This document shows positions 37,166 to 51,062 of a stretch of 64,000 bases of DNA, in pieces. Both the position numbers and the translations under genes were made by a program. This stretch comes from Paraphysomonas bandaiensis (Eukaryota; Protista; Chrysophyceae). Each line of letters opens with the position of its first letter. Position 1 is the stretch's first letter. The notes beneath the pieces were generated by a model. It did not search any database, was not told the origin of the DNA, and saw nothing but the letters and a program-made list of their open reading frames with translations. The DNA lies in the NCBI GenBank assembly GCA_965644295.1, contig CBFFRP010000435.1, forward strand, positions 62,001-126,000, written 5' to 3'.

Positions 37166-38492
37166 ATGAGAGGCATGGCTTTGATATTCTGTAACTAAAT
37201 ATCTCTAAATATTCTATACAGCAGGTTTCGGAGCAGCATTGATAGGCCTCGTGCTCTTGATGGGTGCGTATATCATACCCCGTCCTGAACTTCCTCTTGA
37301 TAAAGTTAAAGAACTTGCGCAAAATCACTTCAATGATAATTCTTCCGACCCTCTAATTGGAAAAGTGGCCATCGTGACAGGAGCAACCTCTGGTCTCGGA
37401 TTCAGTCTTGCACTGCAACTGTACAAGGTGCATTTGGCCTATGTGGGTATACGTAATCTTATACATTACTTTCTCTTACATAGTTGGGAGCCACGGTTGT
37501 GTTATCATCGCGATCTATTGAGAAAAGTAAAGCTGCTGCAGCTAATATCACGCAGAGTGTCCCAGAGTCACGAGGAAGAATTATCGCACAGAAATTAGAT
37601 GTGTCAGACTTTGACGATGTTGCTCGCTTCTCTTCCTGGTATATGTCTATGTTCTCTACTCTACATATGCTTATCAACAATGCTGGAATTAACTACGATA
37701 CGACAAGTGCTGTTGGAGTTAGCAACCAGGGATTTGACTTATGTTTCGCCAGCAACTACCTTGGTCACTTTTTACTCACCGAGCTAATGCTGCCCTTGCT
37801 AGAACTCACACCAAACTCAAGAGTGATACAAGTTTCCAGCTCTTCGCACTATATTGTTAATGGAGATGACTTGCGAGTAAATGATCATGGCTTACCACCT
37901 GCTGCAGTTCCAGCACAAGATCAGACTGGAACTGGCGGGTTTCAGTCCAGAGCATACGGTAACAGTAAATTGGCACAGTTACTGCATACAGTGGAGTTAC
38001 AACGACGAATCAACTCAAGTTCTAACGGCAAACCGTCTGTTAAGGTATTGCTTGCTTATGCCATGGTATATAGCTCATAACATGAACCAGGTAATTGCAG
38101 TATCCCCAGGTCTTACCTCCACAGGTATGGTTCCAAGCTCACTCCCAATATCACGATTGTTCGGGAAACTTTTTTATTCTAGTGAGGCGGCCACCCTCTC
38201 TATTTTGTATGCCTTATGGAGCCCTAACCTCTATGGTGGAGAGTTTGTTACCAACGCTCCGAATCCCTGGTTTCAGACTAGTCTTGGCGAGTCACTGCTG
38301 AATGTGGTGACGAGCAGGTATCTAAAGAAAGTCATTGCAATGGTGTTTGTGGTACCTACAATGTTGGCATGCCAATTTATATTTTATGGATCACCTGCTG
38401 TGGTAAGACCCAGTTCAATAGTTCTTGATGCTGAAATAGCCAACGCTCTGTACTCTTGGTCCATGGAAACTACGAAGCCGTATTTGCCATGA
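37166..38492 (+). CDS. Short-chain dehydrogenase/reductase (retinol-dehydrogenase/WWOX-like); 4 exons
   Basis: VTGATSGLG, LINNAG, FASNYLGHFLLT, VSSSSH, YGNSK (YxxxK), VSPG. A short first exon at 37166-37190 splices in frame. Confidence 0.93.
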
Positions 38493-39664
38493 ACAGTTCC
38501 GAATATTACCCAGTAGAAGTATTTAACTCCTCCTGAGGCAGTAAATCTTTGGGTAAGTCTAATATTTAATACTCAATGCAACTATGTATCAGCATCGATA
38601 TAAAACGTGCATCGAAATTGTTGTTATTAAATATAAATAAAAAGAGTATGCCTCACAGTTGTCATGTCAGGATTTTTCATTCGCAGGATTTTTATATGCA
38701 AATGTAATACTCGGAGTATGCACTATGTAATATGTACTAGATGATTAAGCACAGTGAGTGAAAACCAGTTAAATAATGTAGTTTAAGATTTTGAATTGTA
38801 GCCAATGGCAATGATGAGTATAGTAGGTTATTATATGAATTTAATTAGAAGCGCTATGAAATATATTGGAAAAACTGAAATACTGGAACTTGTTGGTATA
38901 TGTATGTTTCACTAGTATAGAACTGTATTATTCGATAAATACATGGTGAAAAACGGTAATATGTAGTCGAAATACTGTATAGTGTAGAGCTATATAACTC
39001 TGAAACTGAGCGAAGTGTCATGACGATTCAAGACACGGAAGTTTATCTATGGTATAACATCACCTTGAAGGATCCTAAAGATCTGCCGCAAGTTGTTTTA
39101 GAAGTAAATTGGACAGGGGGGTATGATCTGGCTTACACACATATCGTCGTATATACTCTTGTAGCAAAGTAAATCGTGTTGTACAGTTTAATACTTGTCG
39201 GTGCATGCAATAGGTGTCATTAGTGTCCCCACTGAGTCTAGTAGGGAGATCAGGATTAGGATTAGGATTAGGGTTTAACTTAGAGGGGGTAAAAACCCGA
39301 GGAGTTATGACGTTTTGACTATTGTGCCCACTCTGGTGGCTGAGATAAATTTCCTGGGTGATTCACTATCACCAATCTATTAAAGAGTCACGATATTTTA
39401 ATTCAGCTTCAGTTAAGTTCATAACAATTGTCATCTACTACTGTATTATATACTCACCAACGGCTAAAATTCGAATTTAAACTGCAACATTCTTTAATTC
39501 CTCACTTTCAGCAAAGCTCAACGAATCTAGAGTCTCTGAAATAGACCTCGCACAGCGCACAGTGTTGCTGACTTCATTGCGCCGTGAATCATTATTGTCA
39601 AAGAGTAGTGAAGATAGCCGAATATCATGTAGGAGGCTGAATATGCTACAGCGCTTCTTGGTAT

Positions 39665-41240
39665 CAGGGTCAGTCAAGAATATATTGGATTGCAATATAT
39701 TGCAATATAAATATCGCAATGATTTATTTTTGCTTGCTACAAACATATTGAATATTACTTTAAATTAGCAAAATTTGGACGCGCAATATATTTTGTAATG
39801 TATTGATATATTATATTGCTCATGCTAGTGCGTCTTAGAAAATATACTTGATTAATCATAAACGACTCTTCATAATCACATACAACTCATCTATACTATT
39901 ATAACATCGAACAATTATGATAACTACTGCAACGAAGAACGCTATTTATACTCAATATTAAAAATATCGTACTGTCTGACTCTGTCAAGCTATTCACCAA
40001 ATAGTAAACTCCAAACTGTTTAAATTGATGCTGTCATCCTCATACAAATATATATGTTTTCTTATAATCTGTAATATAATGCCAGTCTAAACAGTCAATA
40101 AGAAAGTGCTAGTAAAATGATCGCCATATCCGCCTAAACTATGATATACTTTTAACTATTATTCGATTCCAAACTAATTGGCAGTCATCTCTTTCATATT
40201 TATTACGTACAATATGTATGTGAACAGGCGAAGAAACAGTTTGTTATTATTACTTTTTGACAGTATACGGTATAGTTCAGTAGATGGATTCTCCATCTCT
40301 GCTCATGGTGTGTTTTGATCAATTCTTTACTCTGATTTTATTATAAGTAAACGTTTTGTAAACGTAGGAATTTTACGAATTTTTGGGGGAAAACAAGGGT
40401 TTTTACATTACTTATCTTTTAAAAGCTATTAATTTTTATATCAGTATACCGGTATAGCTAAAGCACAAATGTTTTCAACGAAGCAAATCATAAAATCTTT
40501 TTTCACACAGCATTCCAAGATAAAGATAAAAACAAAAATGGTTTTGCAACCACTGCTTGGAAAGTACAAAACCTCAAATGCAGCGTGAAGGGACAAGCTA
40601 CAACAATCATCTTGCTCATGTTAAGCCTCATAACAGCTGGGAAGCTATTGTTCGCGCTCATGGAGGTGCAAAAGAAGCTGATTCACTGGATATAGGGCCG
40701 TCGAAGTGGCAAATGTAAATAACGCTGCTGCTGCTTTTGAAAGCCATAGAGCCAGAAAGAAGTTACGAAGACAGCTTGACACCCAGTAACGATGTATCGA
40801 TCGACCAAGCACATATTCAGTACAACAAACGTTGGGAGCGCTTGTTCAGCAGAGCCAAGATTATCATGACACACTTGCGACAGGGAATGACCCCACAGCG
40901 CCTCGAACTGTTGCTGTTCCTTCGCTTCAACTAGACAGTGGAACAGGTCATCGATGATAGACTGTCCGATCATAAAATGAGGACGACAGTGACAAAGAGT
41001 TGGAACACTTTGAGTACTAGTTGCTGCATAGTTATTGGGTTTTCTTCATTTTGTTATAACCTCTACTAACTAGTTACTACCGATCGAGCTCATTTCTATA
41101 TATATAGCGCCCAATATATATCAATAAATTGCTATATTGCAACATATTTAATAATTATTATTGGTCCTGAAAATATTATCATTATTATTATTTCTTATTT
41201 TTGCCGGCAATATATTGCAATATATAGTTGACTAGCCCTG
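39665..41240 (+). mobile_element. Non-autonomous hAT DNA transposon (internal deletion derivative) with perfect 8-bp TSD CTTGGTAT
   Basis: TIRs CAGGGTCAGTCAA / TTGACTAGCCCTG; TSD at 39657-39664 and 41241-41248; BED-finger remnant WFCNHC...NHLAHVKPH; hAT dimerisation remnant ERLFSRAK...MTPQRLELLLFLRFN. Confidence 0.95.
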
Positions 41241-41433
41241 CTTGGTATACATTGCTTACTCTTCTAAATCAACTAACTTGAAATTAGATATAACACAAAC
41301 AAAGCACGGCACACACTAATTGCAATGAGATTATTCTGATTCTAAACTTTCGGTCGGGCACAACGTATAGTCAAACCACACAGTGAAACATATGGTAGAG
41401 TTGATGAATCACTTATTTCTGCTACTAAACAGG

Positions 41434-44400
41434 TTAGAGTCGAATAGGAAGTCGTTTGACGATAGGGTACTTTTCTCGCATATAGTCACCAATAAATCCT
41501 TCCATAACGAAAGCCTGCCAGCAAATGGACATAGCTATGAATGAGCTGACAAGAATGTAGAGCTTGATTCTGAATCCAAATGACATAGCTGGCGATGTAC
41601 TCCCACCATCCGCCTGGTATGCTTCCCACACAGGTGATACGGAATTCTTGCTATTGAATTGATATGAGGCAATATGCCACATATCACTAAATTCATTCGG
41701 TTCCATGAGGAGTATGAGGGTTGTGATAATGTACAACATCGCAATATTTGCTACCAGCGTAATGTTGCTGTGGACTGGTAAGCGAAATTTATAACCAAAC
41801 GAAAATATTCCTGCAGAGCTGAGAAGGAAGAGATACATAACTGCATAGAGAACAGTGCCCTCCCAGTTATCAGATATAGTCCACCAGTCTGAAGACGAGG
41901 AGTACTCGGCTGGCCACTTGACATAGTCTGGATTATTCTTCATCATAAAAAGGGCTGAAAGCAGGCATATAAACGACAGACTAGCGACTCCTAGGCATGA
42001 CAACACTGTAGATGGACCCAGTAGACTTGCGGATGGTCTCTTTTTGCTCAATCGCACAACAGGCTCTGAGAGGGTCATTGTGTAGCAAAGACTGGTGATG
42101 GCAATGCCATCTATGCAGTAGTACGACATGGAACTCATAATTACACCATAGTAAAACGAACACAACTTGATGATGGAAAACAGTAGCCCGTACATAATTA
42201 AGAATTTGTAGTTTGCGAATGAGGTAGCTAAAGATGCACGGCCTGTCGCAAAAGTTACTATCGCTTCATCGTTTAAATCCTTGTTGTTTACCTTCTCGAA
42301 GCAGATCGACTACAGAGAGCGGGCTCTTGGTGTGTGACGTAAAGGGAGAAACGACAGAAGCCTCAGCTTCGCTAAGCGCTATGCCAGCGTGAGCTGCTCT
42401 GAGCGCACCACAGTCGTTGCCTATAAACATATGCATCACAAAATAGGCCTTGATAGTGGCATATCAAGCAAAGCTCAAAAAACAAACCATATACTAAGTA
42501 CCATCTAGCAAAGCACGCACAGTATTGTTACTCACCACCATCGCCACACATGCCAACAATGTACCCCAGCTTGCGAAACTTCCGGATAATCATCGATTTG
42601 CTATCCGGAGAGGTACGTGCAAAAATCCGGATGTGTACCAGTAATGTGTCTAGGATACCATCTTTTTCGAGACTTTCTATGGTGTTGTTCCCTGTCACCG
42701 CGAGCTCAATAAAACCGTCTGCATCCTCCACAGAGTTCTTGTCATTAATCAGCGACAGTACTTCGACGGAATTGTACGAGCGACCATCCTCGTCTCCAAT
42801 GAATGTCCATATGATCTTAGCAGTAGATTTGCATGTCTCTCCAAGAAGGATCCGAGAGCTGTCGTCCACTAGTCCACAAGAACGGGAGATGTACTGCCCA
42901 CACTGAGCATTATCTCCAGTGATCATTACAGGCCGAACCACTCCATCTCGCAACTGTAATATTGCATCCCGGCTATCATCTTTAGGTTCATTGCGGAATA
43001 TCATTAGCCCAAGAAGTTTGAAGGCATGAGGAGACTCAATATCATCACGTGGAATCGAATCGACAGCCGTTCCTATTTCATCTGCTCTCTGCTCATCAGC
43101 ACTGTCAACAACATCTCCATCCACTGGACGACATGAATTGGACTCCACTTTTAGAAGCCTATGAGCAAAGCCAAGTACATATCCACCATTGATAGCATGG
43201 TGTCGCGCGGTCGTGCTGTACCCATCAGGCACTCCTTCAGGGTCACATAAAGCCTCGATTTTTTCAAAAGACCCCTTACAGAATACGTGGCGTACTCCGT
43301 GTGTGTCTTCGGCAATCACAGACATCGTCTGCCTTGCATGGTCAAATTCATATTTACGTAATACTTTCATTGATTGTGAACCATCCTTGGAGCTTACCAA
43401 GACATGGTCTTCATGCTGGCCAGAATCCATGACCCATCCGCTTGAGGCAAACATTTTTACTTCCACCTCATTGCCTACAAACTGGTCTTCTCCGTACTTT
43501 GCTACTGCATGACACGTAGCCATACATTCAATCACCTGCTGGGGCACAGAATTATCTGTGTGAACATCCTTCTTAAGCTCAGAGAGTGTGTGGACTCCAT
43601 TCTTCGTCTCGGCAACGGATACACCAGAGAATTCCATTCCTTCCTTGGTAAGGGTTCCTGTCTTGTCGAAGCAGAATACTGTCACTTTTCCCGATATGGC
43701 AATACGACGAGGGTTAATACAGTAGATCTCTTTCTCCGCTAATCTATAAGATGATCGGATCTGTCCTACTTTTAGAGCCACTGGCAGTAAAGGAGAAAAT
43801 ATTTGGCTGACAGTAAACATACCATACGCCCACTTGGTAATCCACGTCGAGTCAGAGCCATTCCAGTCTTGGAGATAGCACGACAACGCAAAGGCCACAA
43901 TTCCATACACTAACAACAGTGCTATGACCACCTCGAGCTCCTCTTCATACTTGAATCGGAGTTGTTCGGGGTAGAGAATGGTAGATATGAGCTGACCTTT
44001 GCTAGTTCCTGTCCCGGTCCGAGTAACGAAAGCCTCCACCGTCCCCGCTCTGTCGGTGTCCAGCTGAAGTACTGTTGTGCCGGCAAAGAGCGTGTGGCGT
44101 ACTCCGGTTCCCTCCACATTATACTCTTCTGACTCATTTGGGCAAGCGGTTTTCTGCACAGGCATAGACTCACCTGTGAGTCCACTCTCGTTTAAGATGC
44201 AGGAACCACACACAAGAACCATATCACAAGGCAAGGTCCAATGAGTCTCCGTGATTTTCACGATGTCTCCAGGCACAATGAGATCGGACGACATTTGCAC
44301 CCATTTTCCATCCCGCTTGATTGTGACCGTTGTTTCGTACTCGGTAAGAGAGGCGATGGTCTTTTCATTATTCCACTGGATGTAGACACTGACAACAGCA

Positions 44401-45530
44401 CCTAGGAGAACGACAGACGCCTCAATAGTGGCGACAAACAAATAGCTGAACCAAAACCAAACCACATACATCACAAATTGGTAGTAATAAAAGTAAGTAA
44501 ACATTTCGTCAGATAACAACTTCGGTATAGTTCTGCGCTCGAACGGGATCTTGTTAGGACCGAATTTAGACAGATACTGGAGTCCTTTCGTATCAGAGTG
44601 TCCAGTCCTATTCTTATGAAAGTCGGAGTATTTCTTCCCCACCACGTCCATGTTCGGAATCATATAAGCATCCACAGTAAGCGTATAAGTGTAACGCGTC
44701 GCCTCGTGGATAAAGTACTTGACATTGTCTGGGCCGCGCGTTACTGGTACAGTAGTTTCGTGACCGTCCCTAAGATGCTTCGGTGTGAGTCTCATTCGAA
44801 GATCACGCAACCAAAGCACGAATAGAAAAGTGTCTTCCTCGGTTACTTGTACCACATCATCTCGAGTCCAAATGTACATGTGCGTAGCATCAGTCATTGT
44901 TGATGGAAGCATAAACCATCCCCGCAGCTGGTCCTTATAGACAAGCACAACTAGAAGCCACACCGATGATAAACACCAAACAGTAAATAGGTACTCAGAA
45001 TTTGTATCGTAGTCACCAAATATTGGATATGACCCATAGTAACATAGACTATCAATTCCATGGAGCTGGCAATTCACATATACGTCAATAATGATTACTA
45101 GCAGAATCAAAACCCAACTGATGGACACCAGGTTAACCAGGTTGTAGCAAACAGTGCCAAATACATCTGTTTTGAACGGTATTTGCACGATAGACGACGA
45201 TTTCGTATCGTCGAATATGCTACTGTCATCCAGGAGAGTATCCTTCATATTGTGCTCAGTTGTACCACTCTCTCTCTCAGCGACATCAACCATTTCCGAC
45301 TCTCGCTCAGTTGACGAACACCGCGATGTCCTGGCAGGACCGCTAAAATCCTTACTTCTCACAATTAGCATTCTCCTGATATAGAAAACAACAAGACAGC
45401 AGAAGATAACAGCCCAACTACAGTACAACACAACGAGTCCGGCATTGCTGGGACTTTGAATCTTTGGGCATGGATCAGTGATGTCCTCGCAGGAGGAAGG
45501 CCCTGTGGGATACGAATACGATGACCCCAT
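41434..45530 (-). CDS. P5-type (ATP13A-like) P-type ATPase; 3 exons
   Basis: [35 protein letters not shown]|GNDCGAL, ASPFT, REGRASL.TSF; two introns between 42535 and 42243. Confidence 0.95.
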
Positions 45531-46041
45531 ATCTCTACGAATCAATATGATATCCAAAATATATCCACTGCAGCTCTACTGGACGTTTGAATACAAAAAA
45601 TAGATAAATGGGTGGTTCATTTTAAGCGAGGTAAGGGGAGGGAATTTTTTACTTCATAGGAATTTTTAATGTATAAAAAGTCATTTCAAAAATAAAAAAA
45701 ACACAGAAGAATGTATGGGTTTTCAACAAATTTACACTTCGTTGGTTTTTAAAGAAGAGTTTATTGGGATTTTTGGAGGGAATATCCAATAAATATGAAT
45801 CACTTTGTTGCACTGCTCAGATCCACAAAAACTTATTCACAAAAATATACAGTACAAAGATTGTGTATCATACCATACAACACAAAAAAAGTTAAACGTG
45901 TTTTTGAAATAGTACACACTGTTGTACGGATGACGTGATGTGAGATGTGTGGTGGATTGCACATCAAGACTGCATTGCAAGCATCCGCTGTAAGGAAAGG
46001 GAGAAGATATTTGGTTGATTGCAAGTACACACCAGTAGCCA

Positions 46042-47528
46042 ATGTCATCAGAATCAGAACCAGAACCAATCAACAGCTGGGGAACGGGCGGTTTGTTCGG
46101 GAACAGGGTTTTAGGATCTCTGTTTCTCACGGCGGCGACCCAGCCCTTTTGTTTGACCTTCTGGTACATTTGCTATGCAAAAGGTGGATCTTTCAGCAAC
46201 TTCTGGGCGGAACTTATGGAAAAGAAGCTCTCAACCTTCACTGATCTGTGGCCAGATCCATTTGACAAAGAAACATGGATAATTATATTGGGATATATGG
46301 CTTTCGAGTTGGCATTGATGCGCTTGATACCAGGAAAAAGATTTGAAGCCACCATTACACCAACAGGCCATGTGCCAGTATATAATGCTAACGGAATGCA
46401 GTGCTATGTTATATCTGTACTAGCCTTACTGCTTTTGGGGTTTTACGTTGATATTGGAATCGTTTATGATAAGATGGGAACTTTTCTTGCTGCAATGAAC
46501 GTCTTTGCACTTGGATTCTGTGCTATGCTGGCGGTTAAAGGTCTTTATTTCCCATCTACTAAAGATTCTGGAAGCACTGGCAATATTATAGTGGATTTCT
46601 TTTGGGGCACTGAACTTTATCCTCGGATTCTCGGATTTGATGTGAAGCAATTCACAAACTGCCGCTTCGGAATGATGTTTTGGCAGCTTGGTATTATCTG
46701 CTATGCCGCAAAACAATACTCTCTTCAGGGATATGTCAGCAGTTCCATGCTTGTTTCTGTTGCTCTACAGACTATATACATTGCCAAATTCTTCTGGTGG
46801 GAAACTGGATACTTCTGTTCTATGGACATCCAGCATGACCATGCCGGGTACTACATCTGCTGGGGTTGCATGGTCTGGTTGCCATCCATGTACACCATGC
46901 ACACATACTTTCTCACGACACACCCTGTCTTACTTTCTGTTCCATGCACCCTCGCTATGCTTGCGGTGGGCATCTTCTGCATATGGTGCAACTATGATTG
47001 TGACAGGTACTTAACGGGCATCCATGCATTATTTGCACTATACATCTTGAGTTGTTTATATATTTCTTAGCATAGTTCTTGCTTTTTTGCTGCTGGTTTA
47101 ATGGTCGTGTTATTGCCAGGCAACGTCAGGTGTTCCGACAGACTTCTGGTAAATCAAAGGTTTGGGGAAAGGAGCCGGACTATATTGTCGCCAAATATGT
47201 GACCAAGGACGGCGAGGAGCGATCTTCTCTCCTACTCGCATCCGGCTGGTGGGGACTTTCTCGGTAATCTCAGTACTAGAATATATGTACTGTATATAAT
47301 GGTTTCTGCAGTCACTTTCACTACATTCCTGAGATCGGAGCAGCATTCATGTGGTGTGTTCCTGCCCTCTTCACTCACCCTCTTCCGTTTTTCTATCCTT
47401 TTTATCTCACCATCCTCCTTGTCGATCGTGCCTGGAGAGATGACAAGCGTTGCGCGGATAAATATGGTGAGGACTGGAAGAGATATTGCGCCAAAGTTCC
47501 CTACAAGATTATCCCTGGTGTAATCTAG
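46042..47528 (+). CDS. DHCR7: 7-dehydrocholesterol (sterol delta-7) reductase; 3 exons
   Basis: DFFWGTELYPRI, NCRFGMMFW, KFFWWETGY..SMDIQHDHAGYYICWG, LLASGWWGLSRHFHY, RAWRDD.RC..KYG..W..YC.KVPY.IIPG. Confidence 0.95.
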
Positions 47529-47758
47529 TTGAAAACGAGTTTGTCGGCATGTCTGCAATTCTTTTGCGTGTCATTTACTTAAGATTTTGTTTGTCTTTGG
47601 TATTAGCAATATCGACTCTTCGGTTGCATAAATAACATGACACCTATTTTAAAGGTGGTCGTTGCCTATGATATATTCATCAATTTCCAATTCTTCTCTT
47701 TCAGGTTTGTCTTAACCATCAACCAGGAGGGGCAACAGTATATTGTATTGCAATAGCG

Positions 47759-48027
47759 AAATATTATTCAACCTAGTCAAATTGGTTGAATTACCTAGTC
47801 ACACTATTTTTGGTGGAATTACCTTGTTAAAGTAATAAATGACTCAACCCAGTCCATTTTGGTTTTTGGTATTCAACCTAGTCGTTCTTATATTCATTGA
47901 TTACAAACTGTGACTGTCTAATGTCTAAGGTACCATCTCACACCACACAATATATTAGTGACTTACAGAGCATCAAAACAAACATTCAAACATAACAATA
48001 AGCCCATATATACATATCTACTTAACA
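47759..48027 (+). repeat. Dispersed ~270-bp repeat, copy 2
   Basis: Homologous to 29050-29323. Confidence 0.75.
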
Positions 48028-48689
48028 CAGGTCTGTTGGAATACGTATGGTTCTCTAAGATAGTACTGTAGAATACGTTAAATACAATGTGGAAAACAGT
48101 TATACGTAGTCAAAGATACTATATAGTATATAGCTATAACTGTGAAACTGCAGTGTTGTATCATGACGATTCAAGATACGGAAGTTGAGCAGTGGTTGAC
48201 ATGAACGAAATAAATTACCATGTTGTTGACATGTTACACATATGACAATACACACAATTATGTATGCAATTATAGTAAAGAGTCTATCTAGTTTAATTAC
48301 CATAAACTTTTCCCAATGACCAATAATCAATAAAGTCAATGTATGACTATCCAGCCTATCTACAGGATATAAATATAATATATAGCGATAGGTCCCTGTG
48401 AGTGTATATATTGTGGATTAAGAGGCTGACTAAAAACAAGAAAGAAGGGCTACAGGTAGAATATAATGAGAGGGAGAGAAGAGAAAAGGAAGACAGAAAC
48501 TACTGAGTAGAAGGAACCCAAAAAGGAAAATGCAAGACAGCTTGTAGCAGTCACATCCGGGACAGTAACTTGAAATGTTGATGTTTCTGCTTGCAAATCG
48601 GAATCTTGGGGATGAAATTATAGTTCACAAAGCTATTATAAACCTAACCTATAGAAATGATTTGCAATTATCTGTTGAATAATGTTACC

Positions 48690-49707
48690 CAGGGCCAGTC
48701 AAAGATATATTGGATTGCAGTATAAGTATTGCAATGATTTATTTTTGCTTGCTACAAACATATTGAATATTACTTTAGCAAAATTTGGCCTCGCAATATA
48801 TTGTAATATATTGATATATTATATATTGCTCATGCTAGTGCGTCTTAGAAAATATACTTGATTAATCATAAACGACTCTTCATAATCACATACAACTCAT
48901 CTATACTTTTATAACATCGAACAAATATGATAACTACTGCAACGAAGAACTCTATTTATACTCAATATTAAAAATATCGTACTGTCTGACTCTGTCAAGC
49001 TATTCACCAAATATCACCATATCTGCCCAAACTATTATACTGAACTATCACTGTACAGTGTACAGTATACGGTCCAAACTATTCGGCCATCATTTCTTTC
49101 ATCATATTTATTACGTGCAATATGCATGTGAACAGGCGAAGAAACCGTTTGTTCTTAATACTTTAACAGTATAAAGTCGGATGAAGAAAGCTGACTCAAT
49201 GAATAGGGCCGTCGAAGTGGCATATGTAAGAAACGCTGCTGCTGCTTTTGAAAGCCATATAGAGCCAGCAAGAAGATATGACGGCAGCTTGACACCCAAT
49301 ACCGTTCGACCAAGCTCATATATAGCACAACAAACATTGTGGAGCGTTTGCTCAGCAAATCCAAGGAATGACCCCACGACGCCTCGAACTGCTGCTGTTC
49401 CTTCGATTCAACAAGCACTTGTAGACCGCGAAGACAGTGCAACAGGTCATCGATGATGGACTGTTCGATCATAAGAATGTGGACGACAGTGACGATAAGA
49501 ATATGAGTTGGAACACTTAGAGTACTAGTAATGTTGTAACCTCTACACCTCTACTAATAACTAGTTTCTACCGATCGAGCTCATTTCTTCTTCTTAGCGC
49601 CCAATATATATCAATATATTGCAGTATAATTAATAATTATCATTGGTCTTGAAGATAATATTATTATTTTTTTATTTTTGCTTGCAATATATTATTGACT
49701 GGCCCAT
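48690..49707 (+). mobile_element. Second non-autonomous hAT copy, more deleted
   Basis: CAGGGCCAGTCAA ... TTGACTGGCCCAT; flanks ATGTTACC / ATGTTAGC (7 of 8 match); long near-identical stretch shared with 39700-40010. Confidence 0.92.
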
Positions 49708-51062
49708 ATGTTAGCTAATGCCTGTGTTCTTTGTCCACTTTGGTCTTGAGGTACAATAGCATTATCCGATAAGAGACAATGCCACCATAATACGAAAACC
49801 AGTATACTTACTTCATTAGTTGCTAGTAGGTACAACTGAAATACAATCCAGTTACAATTATAATTAGCTGGCGATACTATGTTCAACAGAGAATAACATC
49901 GAATGGTATATCACGTATATACTTGGGTGTATTCTATGGTTACCAATTCTATGGTTTGCTATGCTAAAATGCGTGAGGTTAACATGAACTGCTTAAGAAA
50001 ACTGCTCCCTTGGATGTTGACACTCTTTACACTCGTTGGTATCTCTATACAGTCCCTGCCGGGCACGGAAGTGGACACAACACAGAAACAGTTTCTTCAT
50101 TCGCCTTGCCAGCCAGAGTGAACACACCCGCTTTGCCCTTCCAATTCTTGCAACCCAAATAGCTACAATTACCATTTGTATACGCCCGATAAAATTGATA
50201 GTTCCTCAGAGATTAGTATAAGCGCATAGAGAAATACAGCTACCTGAGGAGCACTTTTCGAGATATATATATTGTTCTCAGGAGAATTACTTCGCACTGC
50301 CTAAGTGCCCATCCCAGAACTATCTTAAACTACTATTAATGTCCATTAATGTCTTTAGACTGGAATGGTACAAATGTAGTAGTCCGAGTCTTGGTCATGG
50401 CGTCTTCTGGCTATTCGCTTATGATCTTGAAATCGTTTAGAGAAGTCAATGAGAGAACACAATTCAGACTTTACGCAAAAACTAGTTGTAGTAATTGCAC
50501 AGTACTCATATATGGGAGAGTCCAGCTGTATACTAACCTTTAGAGGGCTTCATATCTATACTTCACGGCATGGATGTGGATCAGTAGAGCTGTGAGAGGA
50601 CTCGAGGGATTTGAATGAGATATGAAAACATGTGATATAATGAAAGAAGCACTGTGTGTTATGAAAATCTGGCTGCATATTCATGTCCAGTGCTCCATGA
50701 TTGCCATACCTGTGGATAGGACGATCATTACTCTCAGCTCAACTGTTAGGTCAGCTCAAGTGTTGCTTGTCTGATTGTATTGTTCATTCCTACAGCAGTA
50801 TGTCACTTAAACGAGATAAAAAATGAGAGTTTTAGAATCACATTTTTAAACTTTTTACAAAAAAATAGAGTTACAGTCTCAAAAAACACACACTATTACA
50901 AACTAGCAAACTAGGCAACTTGAGTGATGTGATATGGTGGTCAGAAGAAGAAACATTGAATCTCGACCATCACAGTTCATACTATTCCCATTTCATCTTG
51001 TATAGTTGAGTCTATGTGATTTATTTCTTTTGAGGGAACAGTTGGTTGGCATTCCAATCACA

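Noticed and set aside
49720-50800. Short ORFs between the hAT copy and BLTP2
   Set aside because: No recognisable motif or consistent exon chain.
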